Shown here piece after piece: positions 36,178-46,411 of a stretch of DNA of 64,000 nt. The first letter of the stretch is position 1. Every line of letters starts with the position of its first letter. Under the pieces are notes generated by a model. The model had not been told where the DNA came from. It worked only from the letters and a program-made list of their open reading frames with translations, and searched no databases. Both the position numbers and the translations under genes were made by a program. The stretch is from a virus (taxonomy: Duplodnaviria; Caudoviricetes), in the IMG/VR virus record IMGVR_UViG_3300032040_000005, positions 1 through 64,000 of that record, one strand, 5' to 3'.

Positions 36178-36266
36178 ACTGCAAAAGATAGTCAGTTAGT
36201 CAGTCAACTCAAAGTTACCCCTACCGATATACCAAAGTTACCAAAACACCCTTTTTTCACTATACG

Positions 36267-36280
36267 TACCCTATAGGGTA
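36267..36280. promoter_or_regulatory. perfect 14-bp palindrome (candidate operator)
   Basis: TACCCTATAGGGTA just upstream of the RBS of an HTH gene. Confidence 0.4.
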
Positions 36281-36293
36281 TCTGGAGATTATC

Positions 36294-36758
36294 ATGACCG
36301 TAAAATGTCTAAATAGAATAACCCAACGAATAATTGTCCGTAACTTCACTACCAAAGCAGCGAACCAAACTGAATTAGCTGAAGCGTTTCAAGTACACCG
36401 CAGAACCATCCAACGTGTGTTGATTGATCATGGAATCATTCACTACAACACACGTGGCCCGAAGTCAGTCACCCCGCGAGTACAAGTAGAACGTAAGCAA
36501 CAGATACTGGATCTCGTACCCGCAACCCATAACACCACACTGGACGGCATCAACATCATCCACGTTGCACGTGCTCATGGTCATACCGCTGAGTCACTGG
36601 ACTCCGCCTTGAGCTTGCCTGCCTTTGATCGAGCCAGTGTTGAATTGCACCTGTCTATGCTGGAGCACGAGGAATACAGTAAGATTATTCAGGTTGTAAC
36701 CCGAGTCCGTAATCTACAACACGCTCGGGCTATTGAACAGCGAGCAGCCAATGCGTAA
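36294..36758 (+). CDS. HTH DNA-binding protein
   Basis: NQTELAEAFQVHRRTIQRVL helix-turn-helix pattern. Confidence 0.65.
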   Translation: MTVKCLNRITQRIIVRNFTTKAANQTELAEAFQVHRRTIQRVLIDHGIIHYNTRGPKSVTPRVQVERKQQILDLVPATHNTTLDGINIIHVARAHGHTAESLDSALSLPAFDRASVELHLSMLEHEEYSKIIQVVTRVRNLQHARAIEQRAANA

Positions 36759-37071
36759 TACACCCAACACACTTTTCCCTACTCTATCCAGTACAGAAGA
36801 TGCTCGGGAGTATGCAATGTCCATGCTACCCATCATCTCTGCTAACGATGCCAACGTGGCACTCAACGTCTACCGCAACACTATATTGGATGAAGTCAGT
36901 CAACAGGTGCGAGGTACTTACTCAGTAACCGAAGAAACTCTTAAACGTTTTGAGGATTTCAAAATGGTGCCCGCACCAGGGAGTGAAAGCGAATTTGCAT
37001 TACAAAGATTGGCTTACAACCAAGCCATTTGTCACATCATCGCATTCTTCAAAGCCCGTCTAGGAGCTTAA
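36751..37071 (+). CDS. hypothetical protein
   Basis: From MRNTPNTLFP; coupled to upstream gene. Confidence 0.6.
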   Translation: MRNTPNTLFPTLSSTEDAREYAMSMLPIISANDANVALNVYRNTILDEVSQQVRGTYSVTEETLKRFEDFKMVPAPGSESEFALQRLAYNQAICHIIAFFKARLGA

Positions 37072-37072
37072 T

Positions 37073-37288
37073 ATGCCCACCGTTTATGAACTCGCAGAAC
37101 AGACTTACCCTGGTGTCACGTTTGATTCAGCACTACCACAAGACTGGGTAAACGCCATGCAAGCCCGTGGCTTTGATGTACGCGGTCATTTTGTGACTCT
37201 GTACCCCAAAGACGCGCTCGCATACATGGCACCCATTACGCCTGAAGGTATCCGCATGGCAGCTATTGTTGCCAGCTATCCAGCATAA
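37073..37288 (+). CDS. hypothetical protein
   Basis: 71 aa, AGGAG RBS. Confidence 0.6.
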   Translation: MPTVYELAEQTYPGVTFDSALPQDWVNAMQARGFDVRGHFVTLYPKDALAYMAPITPEGIRMAAIVASYPA

Positions 37289-37296
37289 AGGAACAG

Positions 37297-37467
37297 ATGA
37301 TGCTTACTATCATTAACGTAGAAGAAATACTAGAAAAAGTCCGGGCTTTACGTGTTCCAACGGAAAACGAGAATGGATACGACGAAGCTATTGAAGGCTA
37401 CAACGAAGCAATAGACATGGCCGTTATTGTGATCGCATATTACATAGCTAAGGAACACTCACAATGA
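37297..37467 (+). CDS. small hypothetical protein (56 aa)
   Basis: AAGGA RBS; ATGA overlap with the ligase gene. Confidence 0.5.
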   Translation: MMLTIINVEEILEKVRALRVPTENENGYDEAIEGYNEAIDMAVIVIAYYIAKEHSQ

Positions 37468-38603
37468 TTAAGCAAGCCGGTATTGTACAAGGGTCCAGCT
37501 ACGTCAGGCTGTACCAGAATCACGGTAAATCCATTGGTTACTGGGAAGCCTGGGTCGAAGACAGTGGCAATGTCATTATCCAGTACGCCAAGCAGCTCCA
37601 GGGCAAGGTTGTTCATAAAGAGTATCAAGCCTTTGCCAAGAACGAAGGTAAGGCCAACGCAACCACTCCCTATGAGCAAGGCGTATTGGAAGTGGCCAGC
37701 AAAGCCAACAAGAAAATCGACAAGGGGTATGTGTACACCGTCGAAGAAGCAACCGAAGCACCCAGCACCAACAGCCTGGGCCTGAAGAAACCGATGCTGG
37801 CCACGCCACTGGAGAAGGTCAAGCCAGAGAAGATCGACTGGAGCAGTGCCTATGTACAACCAAAGCTGGACGGTCACAGAGCCTTGTACTCGGACGGTGT
37901 GTTGTACTCACGCCAGGGTAAGGTACTGGATCTTCCTCACATTGTGGAAGCCATTGAAGCAGCCGGCATCGAAGACATGCACCTGGATGGTGAACTGTAC
38001 ATCCACGGTAAGTCACTTCAGGAAATGTCGAAGCTGATCAAGAAGCACCGGCCTGAGTCGCTGTACATTGAATACCACATCTACGACCAGATCGGAGATG
38101 CACCGTTCATCGACCGTATCGCATCATTGGGAACCAGCGTTCCACAGTGGCCTGCCATAACCCGGCTCAAAGCTGTCCCCACGCACCAGGTCAGTTCACT
38201 GGATCACCTTATGGAGTTCCACGCCTATTATCGTGACAGAGGTTACGAAGGCACCATGCTGCGATTTGGTGATGACCATTACCAGGACGGTAAACGCTCA
38301 CGCACCCTGCTGAAAATGAAAGAGTTCCAAGACGAAGAGTTTGAGATTGTCGGTGTGAACGAAGGTAAGCCCTACGTTACTGAACAGGGTACGTTCAGAG
38401 TGCCGGTCTATGTCTGTCAAGTAGGTAACGACCCAGAAAAGACTTTCACAGTTACAGCCCCTGGAACCATGTACGAGAAGGATGAACATTGGACTCATCG
38501 CCAAGAAGCTATCGGCCATTTCCTGACCGTTAAATTCCACTACTACAGCGAAGCCGGTATTCCCCAGTTGCCCGTAGCCCTCCGGTTTTACGAAACCATC
38601 TAG
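37464..38603 (+). CDS. ATP-dependent DNA ligase
   Basis: QPKLDGHR (KxDG), LDGELY, EGTMLR, LLKMKEFQDEE, TVKFH. Confidence 0.93.
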   Translation: MIKQAGIVQGSSYVRLYQNHGKSIGYWEAWVEDSGNVIIQYAKQLQGKVVHKEYQAFAKNEGKANATTPYEQGVLEVASKANKKIDKGYVYTVEEATEAPSTNSLGLKKPMLATPLEKVKPEKIDWSSAYVQPKLDGHRALYSDGVLYSRQGKVLDLPHIVEAIEAAGIEDMHLDGELYIHGKSLQEMSKLIKKHRPESLYIEYHIYDQIGDAPFIDRIASLGTSVPQWPAITRLKAVPTHQVSSLDHLMEFHAYYRDRGYEGTMLRFGDDHYQDGKRSRTLLKMKEFQDEEFEIVGVNEGKPYVTEQGTFRVPVYVCQVGNDPEKTFTVTAPGTMYEKDEHWTHRQEAIGHFLTVKFHYYSEAGIPQLPVALRFYETI

Positions 38604-38666
38604 AATCCAGGCGTCATCCTGACGCTCTGTGAGTTAACAACCCCCACACATTAAAAGGTAAATACC

Positions 38667-39713
38667 ATGGGTATCCCTGTAAAACTCCCAGATGCTCGGG
38701 AGATGATAGAGCAGTGCCTGTTCGCTAAGATCGTACCGTATGTGACCGGACCACCTGCTTGTGGCAAGTCAGCCGTTGTCCATCAAATGGCGGAAGATTT
38801 TAACCTCAAACTGATCGACTTACGATTAGCGGGTGCTACCCCAGAAGATATGACGGGTTACGCACGAATCCACCCAGACCAGGATAAAGCCGGTCACGTA
38901 CCCATGGATACTTTCCCCGTTGAAGGTGATCCTCTTCCCATTAACCCAGTTACTGGTGAGGCCTACAGCGGTTGGTTGCTGTTTCTGGATGAGCTACCAC
39001 TCGCCAGCGATGACGTACTCAAAGCCTGCTACAAACCCATACTCGATCACATGGTAGGTATCTACCCACTACATGAGCGCCTTGCCATTGTTGCCGCAGG
39101 TAACCGTGCAGAAGATAACGCCATGGCTGGTGATATTGATAACACGGCTCTGCTTTCTCGCATGGCTCACATTGAAACCTGTGTTGATGTCCAAGCCTGG
39201 CTAGTGTGGGCACGTGCTAATGGCGTGGATTACCGCATCACCAGCTTTATCGAGCACAAACCTGATCTACTGTTTAAGTTTGATCCAGACAACGTGGACG
39301 TTACTTTTGCGTCCCCACGTACTTGGGAATTTACCAGCCGCCTTATCAAAACCAAAGATAAGTTGGTTCCGTTAGACAAAATACTCTTGTCAGGCGTGAT
39401 CTCAGAAGGTGTAGCACGAGAGTTCTACGGATACACCCAACTGGAACAAGACCTGCCCAAAATCGCTGACATCGTTGCCGACCCCCTAAACACAGAAGTC
39501 CCCAGGGACCCATCCTGTTTGTGGATGATCACAGGCATCTTAGGACACTACGCAGACGAGAATAACATTAAGAAACTCATGCAATACATTAACCGTATCG
39601 CACGTGAGTTCCAGTTTGTCACTATGCGGGAAGTGCTTGCACGCTCACCCACACTTCAACAACACCCTGCCTTGGATAGCTGGTTATTGGCCAATGGGCA
39701 CGACCTGTTTTAA
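38667..39713 (+). CDS. AAA+ ATPase (N4 gp24-like)
   Basis: Walker A GPPACGKS, Walker B LLFLDE, AAGNR, SPRTWE. Confidence 0.9.
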   Translation: MGIPVKLPDAREMIEQCLFAKIVPYVTGPPACGKSAVVHQMAEDFNLKLIDLRLAGATPEDMTGYARIHPDQDKAGHVPMDTFPVEGDPLPINPVTGEAYSGWLLFLDELPLASDDVLKACYKPILDHMVGIYPLHERLAIVAAGNRAEDNAMAGDIDNTALLSRMAHIETCVDVQAWLVWARANGVDYRITSFIEHKPDLLFKFDPDNVDVTFASPRTWEFTSRLIKTKDKLVPLDKILLSGVISEGVAREFYGYTQLEQDLPKIADIVADPLNTEVPRDPSCLWMITGILGHYADENNIKKLMQYINRIAREFQFVTMREVLARSPTLQQHPALDSWLLANGHDLF

Positions 39714-39726
39714 GGAGAACAGTTTT

Positions 39727-40236
39727 ATGTTCGTCCACGAGAAAGCACAGTTCTACGCCAAAGCTGCCCATACGGCCATCGGTCAAGTACGTAAGTACAC
39801 CGGTGAGCCATACCACACACACCCAGAGGCCGTTGCTGAATTGGTACGGTATATAGGTGGGTCGCTTAACATGGTCGCAGCGGCACACTTGCACGACGTT
39901 ATCGAGGATACGGAAATCACTGAGGAAGACTTGCTCCAAGACTTCAGCAAAGAAGTTGTTGATCTTGTTGTCTGGCTTAGTGATTTGCAGACACCCGATG
40001 TAGGTAATCGAAAAATCCGTAAGTACAACGAACGGTGCAAACTTGCCGAGGCTCCTGCCGAAGCACAGACCATCAAACTCGCTGACTTAATTCACAACTC
40101 ATATTCCATCACCGCTCACGACCCTGAGTTTTCTATTATCTATCTAAAAGAGATGCGTGCAACGCTGTCTGTCATGGCAAAAGGTGATAGCAGGTTGCAT
40201 GACTTAGCCATGGAGATTGTTAACCGACCGGAGTAA
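39727..40236 (+). CDS. HD-domain hydrolase, RelA/SpoT small alarmone hydrolase (Mesh1)-like
   Basis: H..GQVRKYTGEPYHTHP, AAAHLHDVIEDT, IKLADLIHN. Confidence 0.85.
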   Translation: MFVHEKAQFYAKAAHTAIGQVRKYTGEPYHTHPEAVAELVRYIGGSLNMVAAAHLHDVIEDTEITEEDLLQDFSKEVVDLVVWLSDLQTPDVGNRKIRKYNERCKLAEAPAEAQTIKLADLIHNSYSITAHDPEFSIIYLKEMRATLSVMAKGDSRLHDLAMEIVNRPE

Positions 40237-40238
40237 TC

Positions 40239-41345
40239 ATGATTGAACAACAGAAACAACTGGATCATGCAAAGATTCAGTTGATGACGCACAAGAGTAT
40301 GATTTTCATTACTTACGTGTGTTACTCACTTAAACACATCTGGGACGAGAGATTACCCTACTTTGCTGCCACTAACGGGGTGTACATAAAGTACAACCCA
40401 ACGATGTGGTTGACGCTTGATGCGGATGAACAGTTATTCGTTCTCCTACACGAAACCTGGCACGTGGCCTTCTCACACATGGCAAGACTGCACACACGGG
40501 ACATGCTCAGATTCAATTACGCTGCGGATTACGTCATCAATTACATGCTGGTTCAGTCAGGTTTCAAAATGCCGAAGGGTATGCTCTACGATGAACAATA
40601 CGCGGGTATGTCTACCGAAGAAGTCTACGACCTACTGACTCCAGAGGATTGTACTGACGACTCAGTGGGTGACCTGGAACCTTCCGGCGAAACAACGGAT
40701 GAAATACGGGAAGCCAAAGAGAAGTTGGATGAGATCCTGGTACGCGCCTCTATACACGCAAACTCGAAAAACATTGGTTCGGATGAAATACCCAGTGAAA
40801 TCACCCTCTACATTGATTCACTCATCAACCCCACTGTGCCGTGGACACGCCTACTACGTCGGTTCGCATCAAAGCTGATTAAATCAGGACGGTCTTTCAA
40901 ACGTCCCAACCGCAGATCGCCTAAAAACATCATACTCCCTGTCCGTTTCACATCCGCACTCACAGACATAGCGATTGCGGGGGATATATCTGGGTCAGTC
41001 ACTGACAAGACCTTCACACAGTATCTCTCAGAAGCGTACTACGTGCTGTCCAAGCTCAAGCCTACCAGCATGACGTTTATACAATTCGACACCGTGTTGC
41101 AGCAGGTGGACGTAGTTACGGACGTTAAAGAACTGATGGACGTAAAGCTCCACGGCAGAGGTGGTACGAAGATTGATCCAGTTATTGACTGGGCTGCGGA
41201 GAACAAGCCTAACGTCATCGTTATCTTAACCGACGGAATGTTCTACTTACACCGTCCTGATCCTGGAGTACCCGTTATCTGGGCCATCAGTGACAACCCT
41301 CATTTCACAGCGCCTTTCGGGACTGTGATTCATTTAAAAACATAA
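40239..41345 (+). CDS. metallopeptidase-VWA protein (N4 gp25-like)
   Basis: LHETWH (HExxH), DISGSV (MIDAS), GRGGT, TDG. Confidence 0.9.
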   Translation: MIEQQKQLDHAKIQLMTHKSMIFITYVCYSLKHIWDERLPYFAATNGVYIKYNPTMWLTLDADEQLFVLLHETWHVAFSHMARLHTRDMLRFNYAADYVINYMLVQSGFKMPKGMLYDEQYAGMSTEEVYDLLTPEDCTDDSVGDLEPSGETTDEIREAKEKLDEILVRASIHANSKNIGSDEIPSEITLYIDSLINPTVPWTRLLRRFASKLIKSGRSFKRPNRRSPKNIILPVRFTSALTDIAIAGDISGSVTDKTFTQYLSEAYYVLSKLKPTSMTFIQFDTVLQQVDVVTDVKELMDVKLHGRGGTKIDPVIDWAAENKPNVIVILTDGMFYLHRPDPGVPVIWAISDNPHFTAPFGTVIHLKT

Positions 41346-41356
41346 AGGTAAGCCTC

Positions 41357-42601
41357 ATGGGTATCACACTAACCGAAGGACAACAGACCGCTTATGAGGA
41401 TTTTGCGAAATTCATCCTGAGCGACGATCAAACAGTATTTGTTTTAGAAGGGTACAGCGGAACCGGTAAAACCACACTGGTTGAACGCATCCTGGAGTTT
41501 GTTCCTAAACTTCTAGAAGACTACAAGACGGCTCACCCTACCAACCCCATTACCTGGGAGATTGCTCTTACCGCGACCACCAACAAAGCGGCTGAGGCTT
41601 TCTCGCACATCACAGGCGAGGAAGTCAGGACCATCCACAGCACCCTGGGCCTGCGTGTCCATAAGGACTTCAAAACAGGCATCACATCCCTGAAATTCCG
41701 TGGGAATGCGGAGTCTGTTTTTAACACCATCCTGTTTATTGACGAAGCCAGTTACATCGACAAGGCGCTACTAAGTCTGATCTTTGAGGGGACAGAAGAC
41801 TGCAAAATTGTCTTCATAGGGGACCCTGCACAACTGCTCACAGTGGGCTGTACCAAGTCTCCTGTATTCGGCCAGGGCTTCCCTACTGCCAAACTCACAG
41901 AGGTGGTCAGACAAGCCAAGGGCAACCCTATCATTGAACTGGCGACAGAGTTTCGTAACACCGTTAACACCGGTGATTTCTTCAGTTTCGTACCTGACGG
42001 TGTACACATTCAGGTATTGGATCGAGACACGTTTGAAGCGGAAATCATCAAAGAGTTTGATGACCCTACCTGGGTGCATAACCGATCCAAGGTGCTGGCA
42101 TGGACGAACAAAACCGTCATCCAGTACAACCACGCTATACGCGATGTCGTGAAAGGTGCCCCGGATTTCATAGACGGTGATTACGCAATCTGCAACTCCT
42201 ACGTAGCCCATAAGAAAGGCGGTATCAAGACCGACCAACTGGTGTGCATCACAGACATTGAAGATGGCGTCAGTAAAGAAGGCGTGCCTGGCAGACTGTA
42301 CACACTGGATCACGAATACAGTTTCTTCATGCCCATCAACATTGAAGACAAAAAGGCGTTACAGAAACAGGCAAAGGCAGCTTCCAATTACAAACTTCTC
42401 TCCATGATAGATGGATGGATTGACTTACGTGCGGCTTACGCATGTACCATTAATAAAGCACAGGGTTCTACTTACGATAAAGTATTCATAGACCTTGACG
42501 ACATTAAAAAATGCAACAGTGGTAATCAAATTGCACGGATGCTGTACGTAGGCGTTAGTCGGGCAAGGCTCATTGTTTACTTATGTGGTGACCTTATTTA
42601 A
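41357..42601 (+). CDS. SF1 DNA helicase (Dda/RecD-like)
   Basis: GYSGTGKT, FIDEAS, GDPAQL, VVRQ, YACTINKAQGST, YVGVSRA. Confidence 0.93.
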   Translation: MGITLTEGQQTAYEDFAKFILSDDQTVFVLEGYSGTGKTTLVERILEFVPKLLEDYKTAHPTNPITWEIALTATTNKAAEAFSHITGEEVRTIHSTLGLRVHKDFKTGITSLKFRGNAESVFNTILFIDEASYIDKALLSLIFEGTEDCKIVFIGDPAQLLTVGCTKSPVFGQGFPTAKLTEVVRQAKGNPIIELATEFRNTVNTGDFFSFVPDGVHIQVLDRDTFEAEIIKEFDDPTWVHNRSKVLAWTNKTVIQYNHAIRDVVKGAPDFIDGDYAICNSYVAHKKGGIKTDQLVCITDIEDGVSKEGVPGRLYTLDHEYSFFMPINIEDKKALQKQAKAASNYKLLSMIDGWIDLRAAYACTINKAQGSTYDKVFIDLDDIKKCNSGNQIARMLYVGVSRARLIVYLCGDLI

Positions 42602-42616
42602 TTCGAGGCGTTTATC

Positions 42617-43135
42617 ATGGCAGAGGAACTGTTATACGATCCTAAAACAAAACAAGCAATCAAAGATCTACTGTTTGCTTTTCTATACGATCCCGCTAAG
42701 GACGCTCTAAGAAAGCGCCTTAAAGTGATCATCATCAACAATTCGCACTTACACGGTAATGCACAAAACTGGCTCTCTTACAAAGGTGAAAGCTACTCGT
42801 ATGGGTCACAACACAGAACCAGACCTATGAACAGGTTGAAAGAGTCTCTTAAACCCATCATGGATGATTACGTCAGCGACCTGGCTTACATCAATGAAAA
42901 CGAGTTACCCTACGTACTTGGTTTCATAAACCAGACACTGAATGCTTCCAGCAGTCTTCAGGACTATTTAACAATATTCCCTCAGTCTATTCATAAACCC
43001 TTAAAAGGGTTGATTGATAATTGTGGGTGCAGAGTAAATAAACTCACACCCGAGACTGTTGAAGACATCAAGACACGTAATGAAACACCCATCGCAATGA
43101 TGAAAAAACGAATGGTACTCAACCTGCTTCTATAG
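42617..43135 (+). CDS. conserved protein between helicase and DNA polymerase (N4 gp38 position)
   Basis: 172 aa; synteny. Confidence 0.7.
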   Translation: MAEELLYDPKTKQAIKDLLFAFLYDPAKDALRKRLKVIIINNSHLHGNAQNWLSYKGESYSYGSQHRTRPMNRLKESLKPIMDDYVSDLAYINENELPYVLGFINQTLNASSSLQDYLTIFPQSIHKPLKGLIDNCGCRVNKLTPETVEDIKTRNETPIAMMKKRMVLNLLL

Positions 43136-43164
43136 GGGTTCTTGCCCTACCCCATGAGGCACTT

Positions 43165-45825
43165 ATGCGGCACATTGTCTTCGAAGAATCAGACGCACAT
43201 CCCATAGCCCTTCTAATCAAAGCATCTGCTTTTGATCGCACTGAAATAGAAGCTACGTACATGCCTACGTTAATCAATAACGGTATACCTAAGCGTGACG
43301 TAGTGGTTATGAGTCTTGCTTATAACCAAGCAGGTAAGGCACCCACCAAGTACATTGCAAATTACCTGGAAGATCTCTTACCGGCTTTGGACAGTATTGG
43401 TACAAAGGTTATCTATTGTGCCGATGCTGCCTACTTTAATGCCCTCACCAAAGGCAAGAAAGCATCATCAAACCTGGGTTACGTTAACCCTTGTAAAATG
43501 CTTGGGTACGAGCACATGGAAGTCATCCTGGGCGTGAACCACAAGTCCCTGATGTACAACCCAGCCAACGAACCCAAACTCACTATGTCCCTTCAGACTC
43601 TGGTGGATCATGTGGGTGGCCAGCACGTTGACCCGGGTAAAGACGTTATCAAGTATGCGTATTACCCAGACACTCTTGCAGACATTCAGACTGCACTCAA
43701 TGGATTGCACATCTATGACGAACTCACCTGTGACATTGAAACCTTCAGCTTGCGATTTAACGAAGCAGGAGTGGGGACTGCTTCGTTTTGTTGGAATGAG
43801 CATGAAGGGATCTCCTTCGCCGTGGACTATGTACCCCTTCCAGAGAGAAATGATCAGGGCCATTATGGCGAGCAAGTCCACAACCCAGAAATCAAGCGGA
43901 TGCTCCGTGAGTTCTTCGAGTCCTACAAAGGTACGTTTACGTGGCACAACAGTCCTTTCGATACCAAGATACTGATCTACGAACTGTGGATGCAGAATCT
44001 GCTGGACATCAAAGGCATGTTGGATGGTTTGCACGTGCTGCACAGCCGAATCCATGACACCAAGATCATCGCGTACCTGGCCACCAATACGACCGCCGGT
44101 AACAAGCTCAGCCTGAAGGATCTGGCTCATGAGTTTGCAGGCAACTACGGTATGGGCGACGAGATCAAGGATATTCGTTTAATCCCACTGCCCAAGCTGT
44201 TGGAATACAATCTGACGGATGGTTTGTGTACCTGGTTCGTCAGGAACAAGTACCAGCCCATGATGATCGCTGACCTACAGGATGAGATCTATCAGGACAT
44301 CATGATGCCTTCCCAGAAGGTCATCACACAGATGGAACTGACGGGTATGCCTCTGAATCCTGACAAGGTTCAGTACGCACGTAGAAAGTTGGAAGGTATC
44401 AAGGCTGAGCAAGAGAAGGCCTTTGTCGATCACCCTGTCATACGCGCTCTGGAGAAAAAGCTTACGTACCAGGCCTGGGATAAAGACTTCACAGACCGCA
44501 GGGACAAGGCTAAGAATCCTGACAAGATTCTGCCGAAAGATCGAGCCAACTTCCCAAACACAGCCTTCAATCCCAACTCCAATCAGCAGTTGCAGAAACT
44601 GTTGTATGAAGAGATGGGCCTACCTGTCATCGACAAAACGAAGACTAAGCAGCCTGCAACCGGTGCCAAGACCGTCGTTAAGTTGTTGAACCATACCGAT
44701 AACCAGGAGTACATCCGTACCCTTGAAGCCGTCATGGCCTGGTCACAGGCTGAGAAAGTTCTGTCCACCTTCATTACGGCTTTCGAGCGAGCCATTGATA
44801 AAGGGGATGGTGTTGTCTATCTACACGGTAGCTTCAATTTGGGCGGGACGGTCTCTGGTAGATTAAGCAGTTCGCAACCTAACCTCCAGAATCTGCCTTC
44901 GGGCTCAGTACATGGAAAATTAATAAAAGAGTGTTTCGAGGCACCACATGGCAGTCTCTTTGTTGGTGCAGATTTCAACTCACTTGAGGATTATATCTCA
45001 GCACTCACAACCGGAGACCCCAATAAACTAGCTGTATATTTATCTGGGTACGACGGACATTGCTTACGCGCCTTTTCCTATTTTCCTGAAAAGTTACCGG
45101 GGATTATTGACACAGTTGATTCAATTAACTCAATCAAAAAGAAATTTCCTGAAATACGTCAACTATCAAAGACGCCAACGTTTGCTTTAACTTATTCGGG
45201 TACTTACATCACATTGATGAAAAACCTCGGATTTGATAAAGAGACTGCTAAAAAGATCGAGGCTGCATACCATGAGTTGTATCAGGTCAGTGATGCGTGG
45301 GTACAGGCTAAGTTGGATCAGGCTTCTATTGATGGCTACGTAACGGTGGCCTTCGGCTTGCGCCTACGCACACCGTTACTGGGTCAGATTATTCGTGGGA
45401 GAGGAAGAGTTCCCTACGAAGCAGAAGCCGAAGGACGTACTGCGGGCAACGCGCTTGGACAATCTTATGGAATACTTAATAACAGGGCAATGAATGAATT
45501 TATGTCCCGCGTTTGGAACAGTAGATTCTGTTACGACATTAAGCCTGTTGCTATGATTCATGACTCGATATATCTTCTAATAAGCGACAATATTGATGTT
45601 GTAGAGTGGGTTAATAAAGAACTTATAAAAGCCATGAAGTGGCAAGACCTTCCTGAATTGAAACACGATAGTGTTAAATTAGGTGCTGAGTTGGACATTC
45701 ACTACACGAATTGGAGTCAACCAGTAACCATCCCAAATAACGCAACAACATCTGAAATCCGTAAATTATGTAATGAGGGGAAACATGCCTATGAAAAAAA
45801 GATGCAGGAGGTGCGAGCAGCATAA
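43165..45825 (+). CDS. DNA polymerase family A (N4 gp39-like)
   Basis: Exo CDIETF, HNSPFD, YNLTD; pol SGRLSSSQPNLQN, DFNSLE, RQLSKTPTFALTY, IHDS. Confidence 0.96.
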   Translation: MRHIVFEESDAHPIALLIKASAFDRTEIEATYMPTLINNGIPKRDVVVMSLAYNQAGKAPTKYIANYLEDLLPALDSIGTKVIYCADAAYFNALTKGKKASSNLGYVNPCKMLGYEHMEVILGVNHKSLMYNPANEPKLTMSLQTLVDHVGGQHVDPGKDVIKYAYYPDTLADIQTALNGLHIYDELTCDIETFSLRFNEAGVGTASFCWNEHEGISFAVDYVPLPERNDQGHYGEQVHNPEIKRMLREFFESYKGTFTWHNSPFDTKILIYELWMQNLLDIKGMLDGLHVLHSRIHDTKIIAYLATNTTAGNKLSLKDLAHEFAGNYGMGDEIKDIRLIPLPKLLEYNLTDGLCTWFVRNKYQPMMIADLQDEIYQDIMMPSQKVITQMELTGMPLNPDKVQYARRKLEGIKAEQEKAFVDHPVIRALEKKLTYQAWDKDFTDRRDKAKNPDKILPKDRANFPNTAFNPNSNQQLQKLLYEEMGLPVIDKTKTKQPATGAKTVVKLLNHTDNQEYIRTLEAVMAWSQAEKVLSTFITAFERAIDKGDGVVYLHGSFNLGGTVSGRLSSSQPNLQNLPSGSVHGKLIKECFEAPHGSLFVGADFNSLEDYISALTTGDPNKLAVYLSGYDGHCLRAFSYFPEKLPGIIDTVDSINSIKKKFPEIRQLSKTPTFALTYSGTYITLMKNLGFDKETAKKIEAAYHELYQVSDAWVQAKLDQASIDGYVTVAFGLRLRTPLLGQIIRGRGRVPYEAEAEGRTAGNALGQSYGILNNRAMNEFMSRVWNSRFCYDIKPVAMIHDSIYLLISDNIDVVEWVNKELIKAMKWQDLPELKHDSVKLGAELDIHYTNWSQPVTIPNNATTSEIRKLCNEGKHAYEKKMQEVRAA

Positions 45826-46408
45826 ATCATTCGATGCTTTTTCTGTAGCTTCCTCCAACGCTGATGGGTACACAAACACATGTAAACCGTGTGTTTGTGT
45901 ACGTAACCGTGAATACTGGCGAACTCCAAAGGGGCGTATCAGTTACATACATAATAGCCAACGGTCTTCATCATTAGTCCGTAACCATCCTGCGCCTACA
46001 TACTCAATTACTGAGTTATACCATTGGGCTGATGATAACGGGTTATTAGCACTTGTTCGGTCTTGGGCCAAAGCTGGTTATCCAAAGCGGTTAGCTCCTT
46101 CTGTAGACCGACTTGACGATGAGTTTGGTTATTCATTAACAAACATACGTTTGGTTACTTGGGAACAGAATAATGAAAAAGCCTATGCAGACCGTAAAAG
46201 CTGTAAACGGATAACCAAACAAAACCGAAAGATCCAACAGTTAACGATGTGTGGGATGTCGATAGCCACATTCGATTCAATAGCACAAGCTAGTAGGATC
46301 ACAGGCGTCACACGTACAAACATATCTCCCGCTGCTAACCCAAATCACCCATGTACCCAGGCAGGTAACTATGTTTGGCGTTATCACGTCGAACCTATAG
46401 AGGAATAG
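45785..46408 (+). CDS. free-standing HNH-like homing endonuclease with NUMOD1-type C-terminal domain
   Basis: CRRC/CKPC zinc finger, PSVDRL....GY...NIRLVTWEQN, C-terminal FDSIAQASRITG..TNIS...AGNYVWRY; overlaps the DNAP 3-prime end. Confidence 0.75.
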   Translation: MPMKKRCRRCEQHKSFDAFSVASSNADGYTNTCKPCVCVRNREYWRTPKGRISYIHNSQRSSSLVRNHPAPTYSITELYHWADDNGLLALVRSWAKAGYPKRLAPSVDRLDDEFGYSLTNIRLVTWEQNNEKAYADRKSCKRITKQNRKIQQLTMCGMSIATFDSIAQASRITGVTRTNISPAANPNHPCTQAGNYVWRYHVEPIEE

Positions 46409-46411
46409 TTT

